The notes: generated by a model not told the origin, from the sequence alone. Shown: positions 17,920 to 27,954, counted from the first letter of the stretch. The stretch is DNA of 52,428 nucleotides from an uncultured Candidatus Saccharibacteria bacterium (GCA_964464405.1 CAYXFX010000004.1:1-52428), one strand, 5' to 3'. Numbers and translations: made by a program.

Positions 17920-20900
17920 ATGAGTAAAAAGAAATTGACTTCGGTCATGCTGAATGTAAGCACGGCTGTGTTGATCTCCGGTGCTGTTTCATTAGTACCG
18001 ATGGTCGCAAGCGCAGCGCTTACAGAGGCACAGATACAGTCGATTTTGTCGCTCCTTACATCGTTTGGCGCGGATACATCAACTATTAACAATGTTAATA
18101 GTAGTCTCCGTGGACTACCGACATCAGGAACACCGACACCATCGGCTGGAGCATGTACGTTCACCAGAAATCTCACAGTGGGATCGAGAGGTGATGACGT
18201 AACATGCTTGCAATCGTATTTAGGAGTTACGCCTACAACCGGTTACTTTGGTCCGTTGACTAAAGCAGCCGTTGCAAACTGGCAAGCAGCTAACGGGGTA
18301 GCACCGGCAGTCGGATATTTCGGAGCTCTTTCAAGAGCAAAATATTCGGCGTTGGTAGCATCAATTCCTCCTGGCACAACGCCACCAGGAACAACTCCTC
18401 CTTCAACTTTGCCAACAGCGGGAACATTGAAAGTTGAATCGGGAGTACAGCCAGCAGCAACATTATTCCCAATTAATTCAACACGCGTTCCTTTCACGGT
18501 AGTGAAATTTACAGCTCCTTCTAGCGGAGATGTAACTGTAAGTTCATTAGTTGTTGAAAGAACAGGTCTTGCTAATGACACAGCGTTTTCGGGAGTTGTG
18601 CTTTTGGATGAAAGCGGAACACAGATTGGCATTGCCAAAACTTTAAATTCGCTTCATCAAGCATCACTAACCGGCTCGTTTGTTGTTAAAGCCGGGCAAA
18701 CCAGAACCATGTCTTTGGCTGGTAACGCAGAAACTTCATCCAACAGCTTGGCGGGACAAGTTCCTTACCTTAAGTTAGTGTCGGTTACATCAAACGCATC
18801 AGCGGTTGATATGCCGGCATCCGGCATTACCGGAACAGGCCACACTGTTAACGAATCGTTGACAATTGGTACTGTAACAATGCAAAGAGGTTCTCTTGAC
18901 CCAGGAGCAAGCGCGACAAAGAAAGTAGGAACAACCGACTACGCGTTTTCTTCAGTTAAAGTTACTGTAGGATCAGCTGAAAAAGTTTACTTGAAATTTA
19001 TCAAGTGGAATCAAACAGGTTCGGCTGCTTCCGGTGACTTGGCAAACCTCAAAACTTATGTAGACGGAACCGCCTACGACATGCTTTTGAGCACGGACGG
19101 CAAATACTATCTTGCAACTTTTGGAGATAACAACGGAAAAGGCATTTTGATTGACAAAGGATTTTCTAAAGAAGCCACTGTAAAAGGTGACTTGGTAGGA
19201 GGATCCGGAAGAACTGTTGACTTTGATCTAGCAAAAAGAGTTGATGTCGGTTTGGTTGGAGAAAACTATGGTTTCGGAATTACACCTCCTCAAACAGGAG
19301 CTTCAGACCCGACAGACGACTCTGCTAACTTCAGCAGCACGGAAGATCCTTGGTACGATGCCGCGCAGGTTACAATTGACACAGGTTCAATTACAGCTTC
19401 AGCGGCAGCTTCTCTTACGGCGCAAAACATTGCGGTTAACTTGGCAAACCAGCCTTTAGGAGCTTTCGACATCGAAGTAAAAGGTGAGGAAATTTCTGTT
19501 GGACGAATGATTTTCCACATCAACACAACAGGAACCGGACACCCCGGACAAATCACCAACATTACTTTGGTTGATTCAGACGGAGCGGTTGTCGCAGGCC
19601 CCGCAGATGGCTCAAGAGTAGTCGGGGGCGACGGAACAGTAACATTTACCGACACTATAAACTTTAAAGTCGGTAAAAAGACTTACACTTTGAAAGGTAA
19701 GCTTGCAACTAACTTCGTTTCAAACGACACTGTTCAGGCTTCAACGACTCCAAGCTCAAATTGGACAACAGTAACAGGGCTAACGACTTCAAACAGCATT
19801 ACTCCTTCTCCAACTTCAGCCATTACTTCAAGCGTAATGACGGTAAAAGCAGGAGCTTTGGCGGTTTCAGTTTCAAGCGTTCCTATTGCACAAACAATAA
19901 TCGCTGGCGCGCAAAACTTCTTATTTGCAAACTACATCTTGAATGCGACAGCATCCGGAGAAGATGTACGGCTTACAAACATGAGGTTGTCGCTTAACGC
20001 CGGAGGTGCAAGCGCTGCGGCAACGCACGTAACAGGATGTATTCTCTACGATGGAGCAACAGCTGTAACAAGCTCAAAAGATCCATCATCTGCGGCTTCA
20101 ACGACGGCATTTACGTTTAGCAACAACGGCTACACAGTTCCGAAAGGAACCTCAAAGACGTTGGCTTTGAAATGTAACTTATCAACATCTGCTTCAGGTC
20201 AATATCACTGGGGCCTTGACGGAACACAAGCCAATTCAACCAATTGGACAGGAGTGTCCGGCCTAACAAGCGGTCAGACAATTGCTCAAACCGTAACTGA
20301 CAACACGGGTCCAATTATGACTTCAGCATCAGGAGGTTCACTTGCTGTTTCTATTCCCAATAATCCTCCTTATGCGATAGTGGGAGCTGGTCAAACCGGA
20401 GTTGTGCTTGCACGCATTAGATATAGTGCAACCAACGAACCGATTGACTTAAGACAAGTTGCGTTGGTAATGGGCCGCGCGGCCTCAAACACTGTGACTG
20501 ACTTGGTTGGAAGCAAAGTAACATTGTGGACGACCGAGGGAGTACAGATTGCGGAAGCGCAGTTTGACGAAAGCACCGACAGAGCTACTTCGTCTCCGAT
20601 CGCTTCAGGAGCGTTTACGATTCCTCGCGATGGTTATAAAGAATTGGTTGTAAAAGGAGATATCGCAGGCATTTCTGCATCTGGTCCGTTAACTAAATCA
20701 GGTGATTATTTGACGGTTAACTACGATGGAAATAACCGTACTGCTCCGGCAGGTAACTACGGAGTTGGAACGCAATCCAACGTAAACGGTGCTTCAGGAA
20801 TTAACGGTTCAGCGGCAGCTAACTCATCTGGAGTAAGAATAATGAGGGCTTATCCAAATGTTGCGGTAAATACTTCAGGTCTTTCTACCACAATCAATAA

Positions 20901-21513
20901 TGGTGGGGATCAGAAACTATATCGTTACAGCGTAACTGCAAGCAACGGTGATGTTCATCTTTACAAGATGAGATTTGCTATCAGTTCATCGTCTTTGATG
21001 GCAACGACTTCGCTTTACAGCTTGTATGCTTACACTGATTCAGGATTCGCAAACCTTGATACAGCATTTTCTGCAACCGGTTTGATTAACGCAGGACAAT
21101 GTTTCAACGGATCAGTAACCACTTCAGCAGGTCCAAGGCAGGTCGCTGTCTTTCCTGATAAAACAGGATGCAACACTGCCACAACGACTTACGTTGTTCC
21201 AAGCGGCGTAACCAGATACTTCGAGCTTCGCGCAACAGCGGCTAACGTATCCGGAGTTACAACCAGCAAAGACTCAATCTCTGTAAACTTGGAAGGTGAT
21301 TCTGCTTACCCGGTTCCTTCTGGCAACGCTAGCGGTAATATGAATGCGGCAACAATAGCGGACACAGGAGTGCTTACAAGCACAGCGTTCATTTGGTCGC
21401 CTGCTTCAACTTCGACGAACCCTCTATACACTGACGAAGACTTCACAAACGGTTACGGTATAATAGGTTTGCCGGCAGTAGGTACTGCGTCCTTCACGCT
21501 ACAATCGCCATAA
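17920..21513 (+). CDS. Large secreted S-layer-like protein with N-terminal peptidoglycan-binding domain
   Basis: 1197 aa, signal peptide, PG-binding domain (CTFTRNLTVGSRGDDV..GYFGPLTKAAV), Thr/Ser/Gly/Ala-rich beta domains, long 5' intergenic region and strong terminator. Confidence 0.75.
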   Translation: MSKKKLTSVMLNVSTAVLISGAVSLVPMVASAALTEAQIQSILSLLTSFGADTSTINNVNSSLRGLPTSGTPTPSAGACTFTRNLTVGSRGDDVTCLQSYLGVTPTTGYFGPLTKAAVANWQAANGVAPAVGYFGALSRAKYSALVASIPPGTTPPGTTPPSTLPTAGTLKVESGVQPAATLFPINSTRVPFTVVKFTAPSSGDVTVSSLVVERTGLANDTAFSGVVLLDESGTQIGIAKTLNSLHQASLTGSFVVKAGQTRTMSLAGNAETSSNSLAGQVPYLKLVSVTSNASAVDMPASGITGTGHTVNESLTIGTVTMQRGSLDPGASATKKVGTTDYAFSSVKVTVGSAEKVYLKFIKWNQTGSAASGDLANLKTYVDGTAYDMLLSTDGKYYLATFGDNNGKGILIDKGFSKEATVKGDLVGGSGRTVDFDLAKRVDVGLVGENYGFGITPPQTGASDPTDDSANFSSTEDPWYDAAQVTIDTGSITASAAASLTAQNIAVNLANQPLGAFDIEVKGEEISVGRMIFHINTTGTGHPGQITNITLVDSDGAVVAGPADGSRVVGGDGTVTFTDTINFKVGKKTYTLKGKLATNFVSNDTVQASTTPSSNWTTVTGLTTSNSITPSPTSAITSSVMTVKAGALAVSVSSVPIAQTIIAGAQNFLFANYILNATASGEDVRLTNMRLSLNAGGASAAATHVTGCILYDGATAVTSSKDPSSAASTTAFTFSNNGYTVPKGTSKTLALKCNLSTSASGQYHWGLDGTQANSTNWTGVSGLTSGQTIAQTVTDNTGPIMTSASGGSLAVSIPNNPPYAIVGAGQTGVVLARIRYSATNEPIDLRQVALVMGRAASNTVTDLVGSKVTLWTTEGVQIAEAQFDESTDRATSSPIASGAFTIPRDGYKELVVKGDIAGISASGPLTKSGDYLTVNYDGNNRTAPAGNYGVGTQSNVNGASGINGSAAANSSGVRIMRAYPNVAVNTSGLSTTINNGGDQKLYRYSVTASNGDVHLYKMRFAISSSSLMATTSLYSLYAYTDSGFANLDTAFSATGLINAGQCFNGSVTTSAGPRQVAVFPDKTGCNTATTTYVVPSGVTRYFELRATAANVSGVTTSKDSISVNLEGDSAYPVPSGNASGNMNAATIADTGVLTSTAFIWSPASTSTNPLYTDEDFTNGYGIIGLPAVGTASFTLQSP

Positions 21514-21558
21514 TCTAGCCACTTGTGGTACTCGGGTCTTTGGACTCGGTACGGCTAA

Positions 21559-21594
21559 AACCCCGCCCCCTTTTCAGGGGGCGGGGTTGTCTTT
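21559..21594 (+). terminator. Intrinsic terminator
   Basis: AACCCCGCCCCC-TTTTCA-GGGGGCGGGGTT then T-rich tail. Confidence 0.8.
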
Positions 21595-21621
21595 ATGTAA
21601 ATTTTTGTATAAAGTAGTGCT

Positions 21622-22359
21622 ATGAATACAAAATTAACTTTTATAATAATTTTAATTTTGGTGGTTTTGGCAGGCGCCGGCTTTTATATTTATAAAGATT
21701 TTACTTCGATTGATCGAAGTTCGACTTCTATCAATAATAATGAGGAAAGGCCCGAAGGAACGGCTTCCATTTCTCCAGTTACAGAAGTAAAAGAAGATCC
21801 TGCAAACGGAAAAAGTGCCGCGGCTCCCGATTTATCTAAAATTACAATCACAAGCGCTGAAATAGAAAAAATTAAAAAATTAATTGTGATAAATCCTATT
21901 TACTATGAAGCGTGGCTTGAATTGGGAATTTTGCTAAAAAACGCGGGAGACTACGCAAATGCTGCCGAAGCGTGGAAATATGCTGCAATTTTACGCCCGA
22001 CAGAATATGTGCCGCACCATAATTTGGGCGATCTTTATAGATTTTACGTAAAAAATTATCCTGAAGCGGAAAGTCACTGGTTAAGGTCTGTTTCTATTCA
22101 GCCGGATTTTTTGCAAGGATATACCAATTTAAGCGATCTTTACAGATATTCTTATAAAGAAAAGTCATCAGAAGCGCCAAAAATTTTGCTAGATGGCCTT
22201 GCAAAAAATCCAAATAATCTTTTTCTTTTTGGATATCTTGCAAATTACTACGAAGAAATGGGGGACAAAGATAACGCAAGAAAATATTATGGCGATATTT
22301 TAAAAATTGATCCAAAAAACTCAACCGCTTTAGACGCCTTAGCTCGTTTATCAAATTAA
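21622..22359 (+). CDS. Membrane-anchored TPR repeat protein
   Basis: N-terminal TM; TPR patterns (AWLELGILL..AGDYANA; HNLGDLY..AESHW..A; YLANYY..GD...A..YY). Confidence 0.8.
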   Translation: MNTKLTFIIILILVVLAGAGFYIYKDFTSIDRSSTSINNNEERPEGTASISPVTEVKEDPANGKSAAAPDLSKITITSAEIEKIKKLIVINPIYYEAWLELGILLKNAGDYANAAEAWKYAAILRPTEYVPHHNLGDLYRFYVKNYPEAESHWLRSVSIQPDFLQGYTNLSDLYRYSYKEKSSEAPKILLDGLAKNPNNLFLFGYLANYYEEMGDKDNARKYYGDILKIDPKNSTALDALARLSN

Positions 22360-22361
22360 AT

Positions 22362-22868
22362 ATGCTGGGGATTTTAAAAGAACTTCTAAACACGCATTTC
22401 TGGAAATTTTTTATAGTACTTCTTTTAATGGTTGCCGCTGCGCTTTCGATAACCTATTACACGGCATATTACATAAAAAAACCCGAGCGCGATGCCATCC
22501 GCGCAGCCGAAGAAGCGCGCCTCAAAATGGAAGAACTTACGCGCAAATATAACGAAGATACATACGGCGGCAAAACTCCAGAAGAAACACTTGCCTTGTT
22601 TATAGAAGCCCTTAAAAAAGGGGACACAAATTTAGCCGCAAAATATTTTGTGCTGGATAAACAAGAGGAGTGGAGGAAGAATTTGGAGAAAATAAAAAAT
22701 GACGGAAAATTACAAATTATGATAAATGATTTAGAAGGACAAAGAAAAAATTATTCTCTAGGTGAAACCAGAAAAGTTTTTGATATTTTAAATTCTAAAA
22801 AAGAGGTTGTTGCAAGTTTTGATATTGCACGTGGCACGAACGGAATTTGGAAAATTTTGAGCTTATAG
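22362..22868 (+). CDS. Membrane-anchored hypothetical protein (possible NTF2/DUF4878-like)
   Basis: TM, coiled coil, GGKTPEETLALFIEALKKGD..AAKYF, C-terminal GIWKI. Confidence 0.6.
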   Translation: MLGILKELLNTHFWKFFIVLLLMVAAALSITYYTAYYIKKPERDAIRAAEEARLKMEELTRKYNEDTYGGKTPEETLALFIEALKKGDTNLAAKYFVLDKQEEWRKNLEKIKNDGKLQIMINDLEGQRKNYSLGETRKVFDILNSKKEVVASFDIARGTNGIWKILSL

Positions 22869-22904
22869 ACAAAATTCTTCATGATGCGCTAAGGTAAATA
22901 AATC

Positions 22905-25900
22905 ATGAAGAGCATGCAAATAAAATTTTTTATAGCCGTTTCTTTATTGGTGTCGCCGATTTTTTCTTTTGCGTACGATGACAAAACAACTCATCCGGCA
23001 TTAACAGATGAGATAATAGATCTTTTTAACCTCTATTATCCAAATTCAAAATTTTCAAGCGAAGAAAAAGAGTTAATAAAAAAGGGAAGTATCGAAGAAG
23101 ATTTTGCTCCGCGATGGATGACCCATTTTTACGACCCCGTTTATAATCGGGGATTATGGGGGAATCCGTCTGCAAATGTCTGGGCACAAGATTCTGACAC
23201 TCAAGTAACTTTAACCGGATACTACAATCAAACTGGCGTATATAGCGCTTTAACACTTCGACCTTTCGAAGCTCCGAGCGACTATTCTTGGGAACGGGCA
23301 ATTTATGATTACGTTTGGGGAGACAAAAAAAGAGGCATGGAAGCTCTCGGACATGTTCTCCACTTGATTGAAGACTCTTCTGTGCCGGATCACACTCGCA
23401 ATGATGCTCATCCCCCTATTTTGGACTTTGGAAGTCCTTACGAATTTTGGACCAAACGTTTTACGCCCGAAACATTGGATGGCCTTGCCACAGAAATTTA
23501 TTTTACCGGCACTCAAATACCTACTGACTACTCGGGGCTTTATGGGTATTTTAATTCTTTGGCAATGTATTCTAACAATAACTTTTTCAGTAAAGATACT
23601 ATTTTTGACGTCGGATATCATCAACCGTTAGTTGATTTCTATGGAAATGAAATACTAAAAAATGGAAGCGTAGTTAGGTTCGGTTTTAGCGATTCCGGAC
23701 GCGTACATTTGATTCGTGTGCCATTAAATACCTCATGGAGAGCTAGTATCGGTTCCGATGACGTAGTTGAGCCAATATTATCAGATGCGGACGATAAAAT
23801 CCTCACCGATTACTGGACTCGTCTGTCCAAACAAGCTGTTTTGCATGGAGCGGGGGTTGTTAAATTGTTTTTGGAAGAGGCTGAAAAGGAAAGAAAAAGC
23901 AAAGAACTTTGGGCGAAAAATAGATCGCTGGCTGACAAATTGGCTTCTGTCTTTTCTTTTTTCGGCCCCTCGCCAGAACCGGTTTCAAACATTTCAGAAC
24001 TTTCTTCTGATGCTTTCAACTTGGAGTCCCGACCTCCAAGTAACTTAGCAACCGGGTTGCTAAGTGAAGGCGAGTTTGCCAACAGGTCTGCTTCACAAAC
24101 TTCCTCGAATGAAAGCGTTTTGAATACTCCTAACTTCGCAAGTTTATCTGCACCTGCAAATTTAATTAGTTCCGCAAATTCGAATATGAATTCGGGTTTG
24201 CCCACAAATTCTGAAACGCCGAACGGAGGAGACGGTTCGGTTCCTGCCGGTTTCGGCGGGGGAATGCCGATTCCAAACCCTATTAGTAGTACCGTCGAAA
24301 GCTTGGCGCATAGCGCAATAAGCGAATCCGATACAACAGCTCCTGGTGCGCCTGTAGTGCAAAATCCAGTGGACGGTGCAAACTTTACTGTAGCTTCAAT
24401 TAATTTTTCTGGAACCGCAGAAAATGATTCGATAATATCCAATGATTTTAATAATGCGACTACTTCTGTGGATTTACTTGGCAACTGGCTAATTAATTTA
24501 AATAATTTAAACCAGGGCACAACGACAATAAGTTTTTCTGCGCAAGACGCGGCAGGAAACAAATCTTCTTCAACACAAATTTCAATTTTTGTTGATTCCG
24601 AAATTCCCGACTTTAATTTAACAATTCAAGAATGCGAAATTTCTTTAAGCGCCGAAGATTGTGTACTGCTTTTGCCAGACATTAAAATTTCTTGGTCTTC
24701 CTCCGCTTTAGATATTGATCATTTTGAAATTATTTGCAAAAAAAACAATGTACCTTGCGAAAACTTTTTAATCGGAACTTCGACAGCTCTCTATTCTCTT
24801 TCTGAAAATTCAAGCTACATTTTTACCGGTAGGGCTTTTGATAAAAACGGAAATAAAAGTATAGAGATAAATAAATCCGTCACGTATTCTCCGCGCCCAG
24901 TTGTTATTAATGAAATTGCCTGGGCGGGAACAAAATTTCATAATTCTGATGAATGGATAGAGCTTGCAAATATAACGACTAGCGAAATTTCATTGGATGG
25001 ATGGACTCTTTTTGCAAAAAATTCAAATAAACCGTATATACCTCTTTCTGGAAAAATTCCTGCAAAAGGATATTTTCTTTTAGAAAGAACCGATGACGAA
25101 ACAGTAAGCGATATTCCTGCCGACTTAATCTATGGAAATAATGGATCAGCTTGGGCATTAAACGATTCTCCCGCGGATATTTTGGTTTTATCCCACGCAT
25201 CGACAACAATTGATGAGACCATAAGATGCAACACCAGATGGTGCGGAGGGTCAACATCCAATGAACGCCCCTCGGCTGAAAGAATAGCTCCCATGTTGCC
25301 TGGAAGTAATATGGCCAACTGGGCTACGGCGCTCGGCACTGTTAGAAATGGCAAAGACGAAAAGGGGGACCCAATAAAAGGCACACCCAAGGCAAGAAAT
25401 AGCGTCAACTATTTGATTTCTTTAGGCGACAATCTAACGGAAAATAAAATTTTAAAATCGGCAAATAGCCCCTATTTAGTTAACAATTCTTATTTAATAA
25501 TTCCAGAAGGGTTGGAGATGAGTATAGAACCAGGTGTTGTTATAAAAATTGCAAAAAATTCTACGGTGTTGGTAAGAGGAAAATTAAAATCGGAAGGGGC
25601 TCAAAATAACGAAATTGTTTTTACTTCAATAGATGACGACTCTTACGCTGGCGATATGAATGGAAACGGAACTTCCACGTCGCCCATGCCAGGCGATTGG
25701 AGAGGACTGCATTTCTCAAATACAAGTTTAGGTTCCAATGTTTCTTACACAAAATTTATTTATGGAGGAAAATGGAACGGAGGAGAATATGGATACCAAA
25801 GATCTATGGTAAGCGCTGATCACGTTTCTCTGCCGATTTCAAATTCAAATTTTGAAAAATCATTTTCTGCCGGACTTTTCTTAAATTATTCAGATTCGGT

Positions 25901-26774
25901 GGTGGAGAATAGCTCATTTTTAGAAAATAAAACAGGGATCATAATTTATCAAGGGGCTCCCTTGGTGTCAGGAAATATTTTTGAAAGTAATAATGATGGA
26001 ATAAGCCAATTAACAACGCAAAGTGTTGTTAAGGATAATGTATTTAACAATAACACGGGATATGCGGTATTTTCTGCAGATAAAATCGGAACATTTTCGG
26101 GCAACACAGGTGAGGGAAACGGAAAAAATGTAATATCTATTTATGGGAATATAGGCGTCGCAGGCTCAACAACAACTCTTGAAAAAAATGAAATTCCTTA
26201 CGGTTTGCCGGTAAATAGTTACGGACCTTTTATGTTGCCGGCGGGAGCCGGGCTTAAGATTGGGCCTGGGAGTGTTTTTAAAGCGGACAATAAAGGGCAA
26301 ATGGTTATCAACGGTACGCTTCATATAGACGGAACGGAATCTGAACGTATTCGTTTCTCTTCTTTGGCCGAAGGAGGGCCGGGGGAATGGAAGGGCCTTT
26401 TAGTAAATCCAGGAGGACTTGTTTACGGCGGATATTTTAGTTTAAAAAACGGAGGAGGAGATCCTGGATGCGAAAGCACATGCGCTGGGTTTGGAATTAA
26501 AAATGGAAGTATTGAATTATCCAACGGAGTAATCGAAAACAATCTTAGCAGAGGAATGAGAATTGAAAGTTCTTCAACAACATTAATTAACTTCGAATTT
26601 AAAAATCATGCTTCCTCCACCGCATTGCAGGCAATTAATTCAAAAATCACGCTTGACCACGTTTCATTTACAAATAATTTTCTCGCGGTTTCATCCGGCT
26701 CATCAATATTTAACGTCTACGATTTAATTTTTTCCGGAAACATAACGATATCAACGCCGCCGGATCTTTTCTAG
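22905..26774 (+). CDS. Secreted multidomain protein: Zn phospholipase C/P1-nuclease-like domain, Ig-like domain, lamin-tail domain, right-handed beta-helix
   Basis: Signal peptide; TTH, EED, HFYDP, HLIED, PDH, DAH, YE ligand pattern; VINEIAWAGT..DEWIELAN LTD motif; repeated GxxI/N-ladder beta-helix. Confidence 0.72.
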   Translation: MKSMQIKFFIAVSLLVSPIFSFAYDDKTTHPALTDEIIDLFNLYYPNSKFSSEEKELIKKGSIEEDFAPRWMTHFYDPVYNRGLWGNPSANVWAQDSDTQVTLTGYYNQTGVYSALTLRPFEAPSDYSWERAIYDYVWGDKKRGMEALGHVLHLIEDSSVPDHTRNDAHPPILDFGSPYEFWTKRFTPETLDGLATEIYFTGTQIPTDYSGLYGYFNSLAMYSNNNFFSKDTIFDVGYHQPLVDFYGNEILKNGSVVRFGFSDSGRVHLIRVPLNTSWRASIGSDDVVEPILSDADDKILTDYWTRLSKQAVLHGAGVVKLFLEEAEKERKSKELWAKNRSLADKLASVFSFFGPSPEPVSNISELSSDAFNLESRPPSNLATGLLSEGEFANRSASQTSSNESVLNTPNFASLSAPANLISSANSNMNSGLPTNSETPNGGDGSVPAGFGGGMPIPNPISSTVESLAHSAISESDTTAPGAPVVQNPVDGANFTVASINFSGTAENDSIISNDFNNATTSVDLLGNWLINLNNLNQGTTTISFSAQDAAGNKSSSTQISIFVDSEIPDFNLTIQECEISLSAEDCVLLLPDIKISWSSSALDIDHFEIICKKNNVPCENFLIGTSTALYSLSENSSYIFTGRAFDKNGNKSIEINKSVTYSPRPVVINEIAWAGTKFHNSDEWIELANITTSEISLDGWTLFAKNSNKPYIPLSGKIPAKGYFLLERTDDETVSDIPADLIYGNNGSAWALNDSPADILVLSHASTTIDETIRCNTRWCGGSTSNERPSAERIAPMLPGSNMANWATALGTVRNGKDEKGDPIKGTPKARNSVNYLISLGDNLTENKILKSANSPYLVNNSYLIIPEGLEMSIEPGVVIKIAKNSTVLVRGKLKSEGAQNNEIVFTSIDDDSYAGDMNGNGTSTSPMPGDWRGLHFSNTSLGSNVSYTKFIYGGKWNGGEYGYQRSMVSADHVSLPISNSNFEKSFSAGLFLNYSDSVVENSSFLENKTGIIIYQGAPLVSGNIFESNNDGISQLTTQSVVKDNVFNNNTGYAVFSADKIGTFSGNTGEGNGKNVISIYGNIGVAGSTTTLEKNEIPYGLPVNSYGPFMLPAGAGLKIGPGSVFKADNKGQMVINGTLHIDGTESERIRFSSLAEGGPGEWKGLLVNPGGLVYGGYFSLKNGGGDPGCESTCAGFGIKNGSIELSNGVIENNLSRGMRIESSSTTLINFEFKNHASSTALQAINSKITLDHVSFTNNFLAVSSGSSIFNVYDLIFSGNITISTPPDLF

Positions 26775-26791
26775 TCGCCCTTTTATTTTTT
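26765..26791 (+). repeat. 27-bp direct repeat, left copy
   Basis: TCTTTTCTAGTCGCCCTTTTATTTTTT, identical to 27955-27981; contains the stop codon of 22905-26774. Confidence 0.9.
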
Positions 26792-26865
26792 TTGTTTGTC
26801 ACAAATATTTTGTTAACGCATTACCTGTGCTTTACTGGCAATTTAGTAGATTTCCACATCCCCCA

Positions 26866-26894
26866 TTGATTTTTCATTATAAGAGATATATACT
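26866..26894 (+). promoter_or_regulatory. Sigma70-type promoter of the NYN cassette
   Basis: TTGATT-N17-TATACT. Confidence 0.65.
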
Positions 26895-26910
26895 GAAAAT
26901 ATTAACAGCA

Positions 26911-26945
26911 CCACCTCTGTCTTTACGGGCAGAGGTGGTTCTTTT
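26911..26945 (+). terminator. Leader hairpin / intrinsic terminator upstream of NYN-ASCH ORF
   Basis: 11-bp stem CCACCTCTGTC/GGCAGAGGTGG (one G-U), loop TTTACG, followed by TTCTTTT. Confidence 0.65.
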
Positions 26946-27848
26946 GTGTCTATTTGTGCTAAAATTCATTATAAAGTGACTAAAAAAGAAATTGTTGCAG
27001 TATATATTGATGGTAGTAATACGTACAAGAGATTAAAGGGACTGGGAATACCAGATAAGTCACTGCGGTTTGATTTATCATTTTTCGTAAAACATCTTGT
27101 TGGAGAAAGGACCTTGATATCAAAGAGATACTATATCGGCATAGTAAGGAATGTTGATAATTCCGAAAAAGCAGAAAAAATGGCAAAAAGTCAGCAAAAA
27201 TTTTTGGAAAGTCTGCGAACAGAAGGTTTTGATGTGAACCCAGGGAAGATAATGTATGACGGTGGTCGTATCAGGGAGAAGGGTGTTGATGTTAAACTTT
27301 CGGTAGACTTAGTAATAGGCGCAGTAGATAGTATATATGATACTGCGATTGTGGTCAGTTCAGATACAGACTTAATACCAGCAATAAAATATGTTCGCAA
27401 TGTTAAGGGTAAGGTGGTTGAGTATGTTGGTTTTGGAACTAATCCATCGCTTGGGATGATAAAAGAGTCATCGGTATCAAGGGTGTTCTCTCTTACTGAT
27501 TTGGCACAATTTCAAAGCAAAACTATCAAATTTAGAGATTACTTAACAGGCTTGATACTAAAAGGAGAAAAAACCACAACTTGGCGGTTATTTGATGATA
27601 AAAATTTGCTAGTAGGAGACTTATTAAATTTTCAGATATGGGAAACCGGTAAAGATTTTGCAAAAGCTAAAATTATTGAATTAAAAGAAAAAAAATTAAA
27701 AGAAATAGTAGCAAAAGACTATGATGGACACGAGAAATTAAAAGACCAGGAAAGTATGCTCAACCACTTTAGGGAGTTTTACGGAAACAAGGTTAATTTG
27801 GAAACTACGGTTAAGATAGTCAAATTCAATTTAGTTTCAAAACAATAA
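26946..27848 (+). CDS. NYN (LabA/DUF88, PIN-like) ribonuclease fused to C-terminal ASCH domain
   Basis: YIDGSN, EKGVDVKLSVDL, VSSDTDLIP acidic PIN/NYN residues; ILKGEKTTTWR ASCH motif GxKxxTxR. Start may be GTG 26976. Confidence 0.85.
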   Translation: MSICAKIHYKVTKKEIVAVYIDGSNTYKRLKGLGIPDKSLRFDLSFFVKHLVGERTLISKRYYIGIVRNVDNSEKAEKMAKSQQKFLESLRTEGFDVNPGKIMYDGGRIREKGVDVKLSVDLVIGAVDSIYDTAIVVSSDTDLIPAIKYVRNVKGKVVEYVGFGTNPSLGMIKESSVSRVFSLTDLAQFQSKTIKFRDYLTGLILKGEKTTTWRLFDDKNLLVGDLLNFQIWETGKDFAKAKIIELKEKKLKEIVAKDYDGHEKLKDQESMLNHFREFYGNKVNLETTVKIVKFNLVSKQ

Positions 27849-27954
27849 CAATGAGAGACAAACAGTCTTGTGCTTAGGGACTCTTTTTAATCCAGAGCCG
27901 TAAGTTAATTTAAGGTTATACCACCCCACTTGAAATGTCGGGAACCCTGTCTAG

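Noticed and set aside
23810-24562. 250 aa antisense ORF in the PLC-like gene
   Set aside because: Mirror of the low-complexity Ser/Pro linker on the coding strand
27849-27954. Integron attC site at the NYN cassette end
   Set aside because: No RYYYAAC..GTTRRRY boxes with the required inverted structure; boundary is a 27-bp direct repeat instead
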